Notes: generated by a model from the letters alone, not told the origin. A stretch of 64,000 bases of DNA from a bacterium (GCA_965209155.1 OZ242383.1:2816001-2880000), one strand, 5' to 3'; shown: positions 19,987 through 31,307, counted from the stretch's first letter. A program made the numbers and translations.

Positions 19987-21800
19987 CAGAGCCCATTATT
20001 GGGATAGATTTGGGCACTACAAACAGCTTGGCTGCTATGGTATTTGAAGAGGGACCCGAAGTGATAGGTCGAGTTGGTGAAAACCCGATCGTACCCTCGG
20101 TACTGGCCAGAACCGACGCCGGTTGGATTGTAGGAAAAGAAGCGCTCCCTTTCCGTATTTCAATTCCGGATCGTACCGTCTATTCAGTAAAACGCTTGAT
20201 GGGGCGAGATCTTTCCGAATTGACGGAGGAGCAGGACAATTTGCCATATACCATAGTGGAGGCGCAGCGTCAATTGATCAAAATCCGGCTTGGCGATGAG
20301 GAATATACTCCCCAGGAACTCTCAGCTGAAATTTTAAAAAAAGTGAAAAAGGAAGCAGAGCAATGCTTGGATTTTGCGATTAAAAAAGCTGTCATCACGG
20401 TGCCCGCATATTTTGATGACGCTCAAAGGCAGGCGACTCGAGATGCCGGAAAGATCTCGGGGCTGGAGGTTGTGAGAATTGTCAATGAACCCACTGCGGC
20501 GGCGATTGCCTATGGATTGGATGAAAAAAAGAAAGGACACGTTGCCGTCTATGACCTGGGAGGAGGAACCTTTGACATTTCGATCCTCAAACTCACGGCT
20601 AAAGTTTTCAAAGTGGTCGCAACATGCGGAAATACGAACCTGGGAGGTGATGATTTCGACTATGCCTTGAGTGACGAACTGAAAGCCATGGTACAGGAAA
20701 ACTATCCACAGGCGGACCTGGGCGACCCCATTTCCCAACAAATCTTCAAACAATCCGCAGAAACATTGAAAATCCAATTGAGTGCGGCATGGGAAGCGAA
20801 TTACCAAATCTACATTCCTGAAAAATCGATTGCCTTTCAAGGCGTATTTACGAGAGCCGAATTCGAATCCGTGATCGCAGGAACCTTAACAGAAACTTTG
20901 AAAAGCTGTCAACAAGCATTGGATGACTGTGGATTGGAAGTCGAGGCCATAGATGAAGTGGTGCTGGTAGGAGGGTCTACTCGTATTCCGGCTGTCAGGA
21001 AAGAGGTCGAAGCATTTTTCAAACGTCCTCCTCATGTCGCGATTGATCCATACAAAGTGGTTGCCATGGGAGCCGCCATTCAAGGACATTTGCTGGCAGG
21101 AGGAAGAAGGGACTTCGTGTTGTTGGACGTTATTCCTCTATCATTGGGAATCGAAACCTTAGGGGGTACTTTTAGTAAAATCATTACGCAAAATACGACC
21201 ATTCCCGCAGAAGCGACGGAGATGTTTACCACCCATGTGGACAACCAGACTTCCATTGATATCAACCTGTATCAAGGTGAAAGGGAATTGATCAAAGATT
21301 GCCGCTGTTTGGGACAATTCAAGCTGAGGAACATTCCCGCGATGCAAGCCGGGTTGCCTTTGGTAGCAGTGACCTTGCACGTGGATGCAAACGGCATTTT
21401 GAAGGTTTCGGCCCTGGAGAAACGCAGTGGAAAGCAGGCAGTGATTGAAGTGATTCCATTTCATGGACTGACCCGCTTTGAAATTGATAAAATTATGGAA
21501 GATTCAATCGAACATGTCTTCGACGACTTCAATGAAAGACAGTTGATTGAATTTCGCAATACCATGGAATCCGTCTTCTCCGGAATTGAAAAGGCATGGG
21601 AGAAGGCCGAGAAAATATTGACCCCACCCCAGCTTTTGGCGATCCGCCAACAAATGAAAATTGTGAAGGATTGTTCAACGGGTCAAGACGTCCTGATTTT
21701 CAAGGAACAAATGGATATCCTTGGAGACCTGACCCGTCCCCTGGCCGATGCTGTCATCGGCAATGCCGTACTGGAGGAATTACAAAAATCTTCTCGTTGA
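19983..21800 (+). CDS. hscA: Fe-S chaperone, Hsp70 family
   Basis: [30 protein letters not shown]; follows hscB. Confidence 0.9.
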   Translation: MTEPIIGIDLGTTNSLAAMVFEEGPEVIGRVGENPIVPSVLARTDAGWIVGKEALPFRISIPDRTVYSVKRLMGRDLSELTEEQDNLPYTIVEAQRQLIKIRLGDEEYTPQELSAEILKKVKKEAEQCLDFAIKKAVITVPAYFDDAQRQATRDAGKISGLEVVRIVNEPTAAAIAYGLDEKKKGHVAVYDLGGGTFDISILKLTAKVFKVVATCGNTNLGGDDFDYALSDELKAMVQENYPQADLGDPISQQIFKQSAETLKIQLSAAWEANYQIYIPEKSIAFQGVFTRAEFESVIAGTLTETLKSCQQALDDCGLEVEAIDEVVLVGGSTRIPAVRKEVEAFFKRPPHVAIDPYKVVAMGAAIQGHLLAGGRRDFVLLDVIPLSLGIETLGGTFSKIITQNTTIPAEATEMFTTHVDNQTSIDINLYQGERELIKDCRCLGQFKLRNIPAMQAGLPLVAVTLHVDANGILKVSALEKRSGKQAVIEVIPFHGLTRFEIDKIMEDSIEHVFDDFNERQLIEFRNTMESVFSGIEKAWEKAEKILTPPQLLAIRQQMKIVKDCSTGQDVLIFKEQMDILGDLTRPLADAVIGNAVLEELQKSSR

Positions 21801-21847
21801 TCTTCTTAACAGTTGGACGCTTGCGGTCTCTTGAAAGTGAATAAAAA

Positions 21848-23071
21848 ATGAATATCCTGCAAACTCTACGTGAACGTGGTTTTTTTCAGCAATGTAACCA
21901 TGCGGATGCCTTGGAAAAACGTTTACAAGAGGGGCCAATTTGCTGCTATACCGGCTTCGACCCAACAGCAGACTCCTTCCATGTCGGAAACCTTATTCCC
22001 ATGATGGGGTTGTCCCATCTTCAAAAGGCCGGGCATCGAGTCATCGCTCTCATTGGAGGTGGAACGGCCCTGATAGGCGATCCCTCCGGAAAAACGGAGT
22101 TGCGTCAAATTCTCTCCGCAGAAGAGATTGAATCCAATATCAGCGGACTCCGCTCCCAGCTCGCAAAGTTTTTGGATTTTGAAGCAGGAGCCATATTGGT
22201 GAACAACGCCGATTGGTTGCGCAAGCTCAATTACATCGATTTTCTCCGAGATATCGGCCGGTATTTTTCAATCAACCGTATGCTTTCTTTCGAGACCTAT
22301 AAAACACGCCTCGAGACCGGATTGACTTTTCTGGAATTCAACTACCAACCCTTGCAAGCATATGATTTTCTGGAACTCCATCGACGATATGGTTGTCTTT
22401 TGCAAATGGGAGGAGACGATCAATGGGCCAACATTCTCTCCGGATGCGATTTAATCCGCCGTGTTGCCCAATCCGAAGCTTATGCTCTCACTTATCCACT
22501 CTTGACGCATGCTTCCGGCAAAAAGATGGGGAAAACTGAAAAAGGAGCAATATGGCTCAGTGCGGAAAAAACCTCTCCCTATGACTATTACCAATATTGG
22601 ATCAACATCGAGGACGCCGATGTGCGTAAGTGCCTGGCTATTTTTACTTTCCTGCCAATGGAAGAAGTTGAAGCCTTAAGCCGCTTAAAAGGCGCGGAAA
22701 TACGCCATGCAAAAAACCGATTGGCCTTTGAAGCAACTACTTTATTGCATGGAAAAACCGTGGCTCAGAATGCCAGGGAAGCAGCAGAATCCCTTTTTGG
22801 TGGACAATCTCAAAACCTGGAAAGTGTTCCCTCGAGTACTTTATCAATTGAAGATCTCAAAGCGGGTATGGATTTATTCACCATCTTTCTTGAAACAGGA
22901 CTCTGCAAATCGAAAGGTGAAGCGCGAAGATTGCTCAAACAGGGAGGAATTTACGTCAATGAGGCGCGTATCGAAGATGAAGGATTTCGGTTCAAAGCAG
23001 AGAGTATAACAGCGGGTAGCGCTTTACTGAGAGTTGGTAAAAAACGCTATCATCGCCTCGTTTTTCGGTGA
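21848..23071 (+). CDS. tyrS: Tyrosine-tRNA ligase
   Basis: GFDPTADSFHVGN, KMGKT, C-terminal S4 domain. Confidence 0.97.
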   Translation: MNILQTLRERGFFQQCNHADALEKRLQEGPICCYTGFDPTADSFHVGNLIPMMGLSHLQKAGHRVIALIGGGTALIGDPSGKTELRQILSAEEIESNISGLRSQLAKFLDFEAGAILVNNADWLRKLNYIDFLRDIGRYFSINRMLSFETYKTRLETGLTFLEFNYQPLQAYDFLELHRRYGCLLQMGGDDQWANILSGCDLIRRVAQSEAYALTYPLLTHASGKKMGKTEKGAIWLSAEKTSPYDYYQYWINIEDADVRKCLAIFTFLPMEEVEALSRLKGAEIRHAKNRLAFEATTLLHGKTVAQNAREAAESLFGGQSQNLESVPSSTLSIEDLKAGMDLFTIFLETGLCKSKGEARRLLKQGGIYVNEARIEDEGFRFKAESITAGSALLRVGKKRYHRLVFR

Positions 23072-23099
23072 GATATCTTTTTCCTGAATTGTATTGGAT

Positions 23100-23423
23100 T
23101 CAATCCTCCCAAAAGTGGATTAAGGGATCGATTTTCTCCAAATCTTCTTCTTCGCATGGGCTTGGGAAGCCGATTTCATCGAATCCTTTAAAAATGAGCA
23201 TCGGTCCCCAATAGGATTCGTTGTTCAATTCCCATTCTTTTTGCCGCCCTTGCCAGGCCCCTTCGCCGTCAATATATCCCATCAAACCGAATGGCAGTTC
23301 AATTGCATCGGTGGCGTCGCACCTCAACAAATCGCAAAGCGAGTCGACATCCAGGTCAGTTACGTCAATCAGGTCTCTTGATTGTTCATCCGGATCGATA
23401 AAAATATATGGCCCTTGTTTCAT
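23100..23423 (-). CDS. Hypothetical acidic protein
   Basis: 107-aa ORF with protein-like composition, co-directional with nuoM. Confidence 0.65.
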   Translation of the reverse strand: MKQGPYIFIDPDEQSRDLIDVTDLDVDSLCDLLRCDATDAIELPFGLMGYIDGEGAWQGRQKEWELNNESYWGPMLIFKGFDEIGFPSPCEEEDLEKIDPLIHFWED

Positions 23424-23545
23424 AAACCTGGATTCAGACTGGAATTTTTTAAACTTTGAAACTGCTTTTTGAGTCTCAATTGGGGGTTTGATGATTTTTC
23501 ATGAATGGAGTCTGGTTCCTAACGAGAGAAATATAACAATTCGTC

Positions 23546-25204
23546 TCAGTCCGATTGGAATAAAGTTTGATTGGATGTGAGGTTCAATTTGTGTTTGTCA
23601 CTAAATTCATCGGCGTTGAATTGTTGGACATATCCCTCCAGCGTCGTGTTCACACGGTCGAAAAAAGGTTGAGGATAAACACCAAGCGCGACCGTGGCAA
23701 TGGCCAGTGGCAATAGCAGCAAGATTTCCCGGGGTGTCAAGTCCTTGAGATTGGCGATGACGTTACTTTTAATGGGACCAAAAATGACACGCTGGTACAT
23801 CCACAACATATAAACTGCAGCAATAATCACTCCAAACGCCGCAACAATCGCGTAGTATATGTTGAGCCGGGCAGCTCCCAGCATCACCATCAATTCCCCG
23901 ACAAATCCATTCAATCCCGGCAATCCTATGGAGGCCAGAGAGAAAAACAGGAAGAAAGCGGAAAAAACCGGCATCGTATGTACGACTCCCCCATACTCTT
24001 TGATTTCCTGGGTGTGGGTCCGTCCATAAAGCATCCCCACGCAGAGAAACAAGGCGCCAGTGACCAGGGCATGGTTGATCATTTGTATCAACCCTCCTGC
24101 CAGGCCCTGAACGTTAAAGACGAATATCCCGAGAATGATGTATCCCATGTGCGCTACGGAAGAGTAGGCAATCAGTTTTTTTAATTGAGGTTGGACCATT
24201 GCCACTAATCCTCCATATATGATTCCCACCAAACCAAATATAATTATGACAGGTACATAGAAGTCCGAAGCTTCTGGAAACATGGGAATCACAAAACGGA
24301 TGATACCATAAGGGCCAAGCTTGAGAAGCAATCCCGCCAGTTCTACGGAACCGAGCGTTGGTGCTTCGTAGTGGGCATCTGGCAGCCAGGTATGAAAAGG
24401 AAACAATGGCGCTTTAATTGCGAAAGCCAGGCAAAATCCGAGGAACAACCACATCTGGGCAGAGCGTGGAACGGAAAGTTCGTACCAGTCCGGAATGCTG
24501 AAAGACCACAGTCCGAAAGTCTCGTGATAGAGAATACCGGTATAAATCAGCGAGGCCAACAGGAGTAAGGAACCAAAGACGGTATAAATGAAAAACTTGG
24601 TGGTTGCGTAAATACGATTACTTCCTCCCCAAATCCCGATCATAAAATACAAAGGTACCAGCATGATTTCGAAGAATGTGTAAAATAACACCGCGTCCAG
24701 TGCCATGAAAGAACCGAGAATCCCCACTTGCAGAAACATAATTTGCACCTGGAAAGGCCAACTCCTCTCCTTTGTATACCAGGTTGCCACCAGCGCGGGG
24801 GGCAATAAAAAAGCCGCCACCAATACCAATCCCAAGCTGAATCCATCGATACCCAGGTAATAGTTAATGCCGAATCGTTCGATCCAAGGGATTTTTTCGA
24901 CAAATTGGAATCCGTAAAAAGAGGGATCGAACTTGAATGTTAGATAGCCGCAGAGTCCCAGCGTCAAAAGACTGCAAAGAAAATTTGCCACATCTGCGGA
25001 AAGCCCGCCATATCCATTACGGAGCAGTACCGCAAACAATGCGCCAAGCAGTGGGGAAAAAATGATAATGGTCAGAATCGGGAATCCGACGCTGTCGGAT
25101 GCGACAATCTGTCCGGTTTCCGCTGCCTGGGTTGGGAGGGCAATGCCGAACAAGATGAAAATAGCGATAAATATAATGTTCCAGGGAATGGATCTGAGTT
25201 TCAT
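23546..25204 (-). CDS. nuoM: NADH-quinone oxidoreductase subunit M-like, solitary
   Basis: GIDG, FFEIMLVP, KAPLFPFHTWLPDAHYEAPT, IAYSSVAHMG, GLPGLNGFVGE. Confidence 0.9.
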   Translation of the reverse strand: MKLRSIPWNIIFIAIFILFGIALPTQAAETGQIVASDSVGFPILTIIIFSPLLGALFAVLLRNGYGGLSADVANFLCSLLTLGLCGYLTFKFDPSFYGFQFVEKIPWIERFGINYYLGIDGFSLGLVLVAAFLLPPALVATWYTKERSWPFQVQIMFLQVGILGSFMALDAVLFYTFFEIMLVPLYFMIGIWGGSNRIYATTKFFIYTVFGSLLLLASLIYTGILYHETFGLWSFSIPDWYELSVPRSAQMWLFLGFCLAFAIKAPLFPFHTWLPDAHYEAPTLGSVELAGLLLKLGPYGIIRFVIPMFPEASDFYVPVIIIFGLVGIIYGGLVAMVQPQLKKLIAYSSVAHMGYIILGIFVFNVQGLAGGLIQMINHALVTGALFLCVGMLYGRTHTQEIKEYGGVVHTMPVFSAFFLFFSLASIGLPGLNGFVGELMVMLGAARLNIYYAIVAAFGVIIAAVYMLWMYQRVIFGPIKSNVIANLKDLTPREILLLLPLAIATVALGVYPQPFFDRVNTTLEGYVQQFNADEFSDKHKLNLTSNQTLFQSD

Positions 25205-25430
25205 GGAAGTCCTTTGAGATGACAATATATTGAGATCATTAATATTACTTATTAAAAGAAAATCGCGCTCAGCAAACAATGGCTGAAAGAAAATATGACC
25301 AATGGAAAATGAAAATTCCAGTCTTCTTTAAGAAATCGAAAATAAATGCGTATTGCAGCGAAAATAACTTATCCTGCTATGCGACGGGTGAAGCTCATCA
25401 TCCTTGTTTGCCATTTTAATTTGGTCGTTG

Positions 25431-28400
25431 TTATCCATAGGAAGCCTGAGGGTTGAAACAGACCACCGCACCGGTTGTACTGGTGGGGAAAAATTCATGC
25501 GATGCAGTGAGAACGATCCCCAGTTCTTCGGCATGCAGTAGCTCGTAGATCACGCGGTTGACAGCCACGTTCTGCAGTCCCGGATAGGCCGGACTGTAAC
25601 GAGTGCCTGCATTTGGGTCGGTTTCCGTATTTCGACGCAAGCGATCATGAAGATAAGAAGCCATATCTTCCGCCACCCGATCTGAGAGTCCTTGTAAATA
25701 AAGGGAAGATTCACTGTCGCCGTCCTCCTTGAATTTTTCGACGGCATTCGGACTTTCTTTTCCTCCTGTTGAAATTTGTAAACCAATCACGTCCATGTTT
25801 CCACTGGAACGGGGGAGAAAAAATTGAGCGGCAGAAAAGATATCCCGGTTCCCTTTTCCCACTACGACTGTGAAGTCGATGCGTGCAATTTCATCGTCCA
25901 AATTGTCAGGATGGTATACAATCACCTCATCGCCTTCGGCCTGACAAGGGAAAAGACCGATTTTTCCCTCAGGAACTATCCACTTGTGACGATGTGCGTC
26001 TTTGACCCACTTGTCTTTCAATTCTTCCACGTCCTGAATCGAGAAACCCTTTTGTTCCCATGCGCTTTTTCGTCCCAGCTTCCAGTTGAGCGCATAGAGA
26101 GTTTTCGTGTCCAGTGAAAGCTCGGGGAGAGGAACACGGACGCGTTCGATTCGATAGGAAACGGCAGGAGCTCCATAGTCCTCAAACGACACTTGCCGTC
26201 GGGGTAATGTAGCCAGCAGGGACTCCAACTTTTCGCTTTGCTGTCTGGCACGTAAATAGTACTTTTTCAACTCCTCGGCATTCGTTTGGGTGAATGATTC
26301 ACGATTCTCCGACTGCAACAGTTTCATGACGTTCACCCCATCCATACCCGATTGACAGTAAAAGACATTCTCCTTGATCTCATCCAGGTTCTCCTGTCCT
26401 CCCATTGCCACGTACCCGGCATGCCTTTTACTCACCGGTGCGCCGCCAATGAGCACTGGGATGGTCATCTCGGCCTCCTTCATCATCTTCACAACTGTGA
26501 TCATGTGATTGGATGTTTGTACCAGCAAGGCGCTCAAACCAATTGCGTCTGCTTTTTCAGTCCGGGCTGTGCTCAAATATTTTTCCAGAGGAACCTGCAC
26601 CCCCAGGTCAATGACGCGGTAGCCATAATTTTCAAAAAGGGTTTTGGCCAAATCTTTTCCGATGCTGTGCACATCCTGGTAGACGGTTCCCAGGACAATG
26701 GTTCCTTTAGAGCCTATCTCATCCGTGATTTCCACCCCTGTCTTTTTCTTCATGTAGGTTTCCAGGAAACCCATCACCTGCTTCATCACGTCTGCCGACT
26801 TGAGCAAATGAGGTAATGAGACTTCTCCACGTCCAAATCCATCTCCCAATTCCTGCATGGCCACCATCAAGTAATCATTGATCAAGTCCAATGGAGCAAT
26901 ATCTCGAATGATTTCGGCAACTTGCAAGACGATCTTATCCTGGTAATCAAAGGACATCCCTTCCATTTCCAATTGCCCGGGGGTGCGTTCTTTAAATCCG
27001 TCCTTTATTTTTTCACAAACGGCGCGTGTTAACGACAAATCGTTATAGTTGTTCAGACGCTTTTTAGTTTTCCCTCGTTTTGCTTGGGCGATTTCTTCCA
27101 ACATTTCAAAAGCTTCCATGTCGCGTTCCAAAATGATTTTCAATCCCAATTGGTAGTCGTGGACATCGAGGCTTTCGACAGGAACATAATGATTGGGGTT
27201 GACGATGGCCGCATCCAGTCCTTTTTTACGAGCTTCATCGAGAAAGACGGAAGTGAGGACCACGCGCATGTATGGTTTTTTAGCCAATCCATTGGTTAAA
27301 TTTCCCACGCCGATAGAAGTGCGCAAGTCGGGATGGATTGCTTTGATACGAGGAATGGCGTTTAAAGATTCAAGGGCGAAGTTTGCGCCTTCCACCGACT
27401 CGGCTCCGATAGGAAAAGCATTGATGTCGATGAGCAATTGATCGGCAGTCACGCCATGTGTTGCGCAGCTTTCAACGATTTGCCGCGCCAGGTCGCATTT
27501 GTCTTCAACTGTCAAGCCCGGTCCTTGGGGACCCGTTGCCAGAGCAATGTAGAGGGGGTGATGAAATTTAGTGACTGGCACCAAGGCATCGACTTTGGTC
27601 AACCCGGTTTGATATTCTTCCATGGAGATCGAATTGACGATCGGTCTGCCGGGGTAGACTTTGATGGCTTCTCTCAAAGCGGACACGTCGAACGAATCCA
27701 GACAAAAAACTCCGGGAAAATCAGTCGTCAATTCTTGAATCACCCGTGGCAGGATTTCAACGGTATCCACCAGGTTGGAATCCATACAAATGTCGACAAT
27801 TTGCACTCCCAACTCCTTCACTTGTTCATTGACCACCTCTTCCAGGATATCGAATTCGACAGACTGGTTTTCATTTTCAACCGCATCCCGCACTTTCCTG
27901 GAGCCTCGTACGTTCAAACGTTCTCCAATACGAATCAGGTTTTCCGAGCTATCCAGCAACACTGCATTTTGGGCTCCGGAAATATAATCCCCTTGCTCAA
28001 TTTTGCGCTCAATCGGACTTTTGCCATGAACAGCATTCGCAATCGCTCGAATATGGGCCGGTGTTGTACCGCAACATCCCCCAATCAGGTTGACGCCGTG
28101 TTTTTCAACAAACATTCGTAAATATTCGGCAATGGATTGTGGTCCTACTTTATAGACGGTCTGGCCGTTTTCAGAGACTGGCAATCCCGCGTTGGGTACC
28201 ACGGAAATCGGTAATTTGCAGTATCGAGCGATTTTTTCTACAGTGGGAATCATCAAATCCGGTCCGATGGAACAATTGATGCCGAAAACATCGATGCCGA
28301 TATCCTGGACCGTAGTGAGGGCGGCGTGGATGTCCGTGTTGAAAATCTGCATTTTACAGAATTCATCAACCGTCACCTGAACAATGATGGGGAGGCGGAC

Positions 28401-29039
28401 GTGTTTTTCCGCCATCGCTCTCAACCCTCCGGCAACGGCGGCCTTGACTTCCAGGATATCCTGCTGTGTTTCGTATAGAAGCGCATCCACCCCGCCGTCC
28501 AGCAAACCCAGTACCTGGTGGTAAAAATTAGCTTCCAGTTGATCCCAGTTCCCCTTATTCAAGTTAGCGGTCGTGCTCGATAAGACCCAGTTTGAAGGAC
28601 CGATGGAACCAAGAACAAACAAAGGTCTTCCGTCATATTCCTCTGAGAGCGAGTACGACCGCAATGCCTTTCGAGCCACCTGGGCGCCGATCAGGCTGGC
28701 ATAGTACGCAAGTTCTTCGTACGATAAATTGACCAGGTTCAGGTCATATGGAATGCCTTTAAAGGACCTTGCGTCTATTTTTTTAAAGTCGAAATCTCCC
28801 AGTCGCAAGGGACTCGATCCAAAAGTGTTGGTTTCTACGGCATGGGCTCCTGCTCGAAAATAGTCGAGGTGAATGTTTTCTACTGCACCTGGCAGGGAAA
28901 AATTCAGCATGTCCGTCAACATGCGAAATGCGGACCCTCCATAATCTTCATCGTCGAGTCCCAGGTTCTGGATCATGGTCCCCATCGCCCCGTCCAGTAC
29001 AATCACCTGAGATTTCAATGCCTCTAACAACTGCATCAA
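25431..29039 (-). CDS. metH: Cobalamin-dependent methionine synthase
   Basis: DGAMGTM, GINC, GGCCGT, IGERLN pterin domain, DVHSIG B12 motif, RYSPAYP activation domain. Confidence 0.92.
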   Translation of the reverse strand: MMQLLEALKSQVIVLDGAMGTMIQNLGLDDEDYGGSAFRMLTDMLNFSLPGAVENIHLDYFRAGAHAVETNTFGSSPLRLGDFDFKKIDARSFKGIPYDLNLVNLSYEELAYYASLIGAQVARKALRSYSLSEEYDGRPLFVLGSIGPSNWVLSSTTANLNKGNWDQLEANFYHQVLGLLDGGVDALLYETQQDILEVKAAVAGGLRAMAEKHVRLPIIVQVTVDEFCKMQIFNTDIHAALTTVQDIGIDVFGINCSIGPDLMIPTVEKIARYCKLPISVVPNAGLPVSENGQTVYKVGPQSIAEYLRMFVEKHGVNLIGGCCGTTPAHIRAIANAVHGKSPIERKIEQGDYISGAQNAVLLDSSENLIRIGERLNVRGSRKVRDAVENENQSVEFDILEEVVNEQVKELGVQIVDICMDSNLVDTVEILPRVIQELTTDFPGVFCLDSFDVSALREAIKVYPGRPIVNSISMEEYQTGLTKVDALVPVTKFHHPLYIALATGPQGPGLTVEDKCDLARQIVESCATHGVTADQLLIDINAFPIGAESVEGANFALESLNAIPRIKAIHPDLRTSIGVGNLTNGLAKKPYMRVVLTSVFLDEARKKGLDAAIVNPNHYVPVESLDVHDYQLGLKIILERDMEAFEMLEEIAQAKRGKTKKRLNNYNDLSLTRAVCEKIKDGFKERTPGQLEMEGMSFDYQDKIVLQVAEIIRDIAPLDLINDYLMVAMQELGDGFGRGEVSLPHLLKSADVMKQVMGFLETYMKKKTGVEITDEIGSKGTIVLGTVYQDVHSIGKDLAKTLFENYGYRVIDLGVQVPLEKYLSTARTEKADAIGLSALLVQTSNHMITVVKMMKEAEMTIPVLIGGAPVSKRHAGYVAMGGQENLDEIKENVFYCQSGMDGVNVMKLLQSENRESFTQTNAEELKKYYLRARQQSEKLESLLATLPRRQVSFEDYGAPAVSYRIERVRVPLPELSLDTKTLYALNWKLGRKSAWEQKGFSIQDVEELKDKWVKDAHRHKWIVPEGKIGLFPCQAEGDEVIVYHPDNLDDEIARIDFTVVVGKGNRDIFSAAQFFLPRSSGNMDVIGLQISTGGKESPNAVEKFKEDGDSESSLYLQGLSDRVAEDMASYLHDRLRRNTETDPNAGTRYSPAYPGLQNVAVNRVIYELLHAEELGIVLTASHEFFPTSTTGAVVCFNPQASYG

Positions 29040-29048
29040 TTTTGTTCC

Positions 29049-30827
29049 TTACAATGCTTGGTCCAGTGAATCAATGACCGGTTTGATTTGTTCTTCACAC
29101 CCGACAGACAATCGAATCAAATAACGGGGGAGCCCAATGGCATCCAGGCATTCGTCCGACTCATGATAGTGGGCCAGCATGGTATAGGGACAAAGAATCG
29201 TTTGATTAGATCCCAGGCTGGGGGCTTTCAATATATGGAGAAGCGGAGCATCATAGAATTGACGTAATCCCTCCAACCCCGGACGTTTCAAAGTAAAGCT
29301 CATCACGCTACCAGGACCTTTCAACAGACGTCGTGAAACGTGATAACTGCGATGTGAGGGTAAATTGTGGAAATATAATCTATCTACGCCAGGATGTTTT
29401 TGAAGAAATTCCGATACCTGCAGCGCATTGGCTCGGAAGCGTTGCATGCGTTTCTCAAAATCCTGTATCTGCTCCCACAATACGGCGCTTTCCAGGGAAG
29501 AAAGATCATTGCCCCATTGCTGCTGGTATAGTCTGATTCGGGTTACCATTTCCGCATCATTCAGTAAAATCACGCCACCTCCGTGATCGTTCGTTCCATT
29601 CAGGTATTTAGTCGTACTGTGCACTACGAAATCCACTCCGAATTGCAAGGGTTTACAGTTGCTTGGAGTAGCAAAGGTATTGTCGACAATCACCGGAATC
29701 TGATGCGCTCGGGCCCTTTCGAGGATGCATTCCAGGTCTGGTACGTCGTTGAGTGGATTTGTAATGGTTTCAGTGATGATGGCCGCAATCTGGTCACTCA
29801 GCGCGTTTTGGAATTGATCCATTTCATCCACGCCGATAAAACGGTTCTCTACCGGTATCCGCTGTTTGGCATGAGTGAGGAGAGCGTAAGTATCGGTATA
29901 AAGGTGGCCGATCGCAATGATTTTAGCTTTTTCAGGACGTCTCAGCAGGTTCATCAGCGTGCTGATGGCTTGCATGCCAGAAGGAAACAGAAATCCATAA
30001 CGCGCATTTTCCATTTCACAAAGTCGTTCAATCAATTTCTCTTTGCGTGAATCTGCTGGCGTCTCCGCTTCTCCCAAAAAATAAGCAGCGTCTCGACTTG
30101 AAAGAATGGGTCCCCGCTGAATTCGTAATTTTTTCAGCTCTTCCATCTGACGATCCAGGTTACTGAGGATAGCGCCTGCGCCAACCTCATCGTTCGCTTT
30201 GTTCAGTGGAAAAACCCAATAGTTGACCAGCCTGGAGCCTCTTTCTTTTGGTGGGAACCCTCCTGAAAGCAAGACGATGGGGATCCGACTGGACTTTGCC
30301 GCCTTTAAAAAAGATTCGCGAGTTTCTATAAAAGCACCGGGATCCCGAACATCGATGACCAGCAATTCGTCCTTTTCCCCGGAAAAAGGAAGAAAGGTTT
30401 CAATTCGTGCGGGATTGACGAGGCAAACCTTGGTCTTCAATGCAGAGAGAGAGGATTCAATGGAAAATGGCGCTCCTGCTTCGTGATCCGAAACCAGTTT
30501 TATCCGCATCCGAGGTTTTGTGAACAACAGGTAATCCAATAATTCCAAAGCAGCAGATTGAAAAGAAGTGTATAGCAGACAATGCCGAATCTGGTAATGC
30601 TCCTGCAACCCTTGTTGAATCCTGTACAATGGGGGACTGTCAATGAACCGGTAGTATCCGAAGTCGAAAAAACAGCGCCCTTCCTGCCAATCGATGATCT
30701 CGTCCAGCGTGGGAATGGTGGCCGTCACTGAAAAAGGTCCGTTGACCGGCTCAGCTTGACGTCTCAGATCGTCGGCCGGTGGATTTTGTGGAAGAGGAAA
30801 GGGAAAGCGGGTCTGGTTCATATACAT
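29049..30827 (-). CDS. Cys/Met-metabolism PLP enzyme (cystathionine gamma-synthase-like) with extra N-terminal domain
   Basis: SGMQA, ETITNP, VDNTF, HSTTKY, PSLG, IRLSVG. Confidence 0.85.
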   Translation of the reverse strand: MYMNQTRFPFPLPQNPPADDLRRQAEPVNGPFSVTATIPTLDEIIDWQEGRCFFDFGYYRFIDSPPLYRIQQGLQEHYQIRHCLLYTSFQSAALELLDYLLFTKPRMRIKLVSDHEAGAPFSIESSLSALKTKVCLVNPARIETFLPFSGEKDELLVIDVRDPGAFIETRESFLKAAKSSRIPIVLLSGGFPPKERGSRLVNYWVFPLNKANDEVGAGAILSNLDRQMEELKKLRIQRGPILSSRDAAYFLGEAETPADSRKEKLIERLCEMENARYGFLFPSGMQAISTLMNLLRRPEKAKIIAIGHLYTDTYALLTHAKQRIPVENRFIGVDEMDQFQNALSDQIAAIITETITNPLNDVPDLECILERARAHQIPVIVDNTFATPSNCKPLQFGVDFVVHSTTKYLNGTNDHGGGVILLNDAEMVTRIRLYQQQWGNDLSSLESAVLWEQIQDFEKRMQRFRANALQVSEFLQKHPGVDRLYFHNLPSHRSYHVSRRLLKGPGSVMSFTLKRPGLEGLRQFYDAPLLHILKAPSLGSNQTILCPYTMLAHYHESDECLDAIGLPRYLIRLSVGCEEQIKPVIDSLDQAL

Positions 30828-30842
30828 TCGGGAATGTTCGAG

Positions 30843-31307
30843 TCAATCAATACGCGTGATTTCGAAGTTTCTGGTATTCGGATTGAACCTGGCAAGAATT
30901 GCGCCGTCTCGTCTGCCATTTTTTATACCGCATACCAGGTAATGTATATCGGGATAGCGCGGTTCTCCATTCCACAATGCCTCTTCTCTGTCTTTCTCAG
31001 AAAAATAGGCCCCCACGTCGGGATGCGTGTGGAAAATTATTTTGATACGGAATTTCCTTTTTTTCAAATCCCGTTCCACTTTCAACTGTTCCAGCGGGTC
31101 CATCATATATGCGTTGCGGTTTGTACGGGGGTACATGTCAGGATCTTTTTTATGATAGTCATTCATCACGTTTTTCATGGAATGAACCTGGGCGAGATGA
31201 TCAACGTCGCTCACTTTTCCACTGATCATCCCACATGCTTCCTCCGGATATGAAGCAATTCCCAAAGCATAACACTGTTCCAGGATTTGAGGATCAAATG
31301 GAATCAT
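30843..31307 (-). CDS. JAB/Mov34/MPN metalloprotease (Mec-like)
   Basis: YPEEACG and HTHPD...FSEKD JAMM motif. Confidence 0.92.
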   Translation of the reverse strand: MIPFDPQILEQCYALGIASYPEEACGMISGKVSDVDHLAQVHSMKNVMNDYHKKDPDMYPRTNRNAYMMDPLEQLKVERDLKKRKFRIKIIFHTHPDVGAYFSEKDREEALWNGEPRYPDIHYLVCGIKNGRRDGAILARFNPNTRNFEITRID

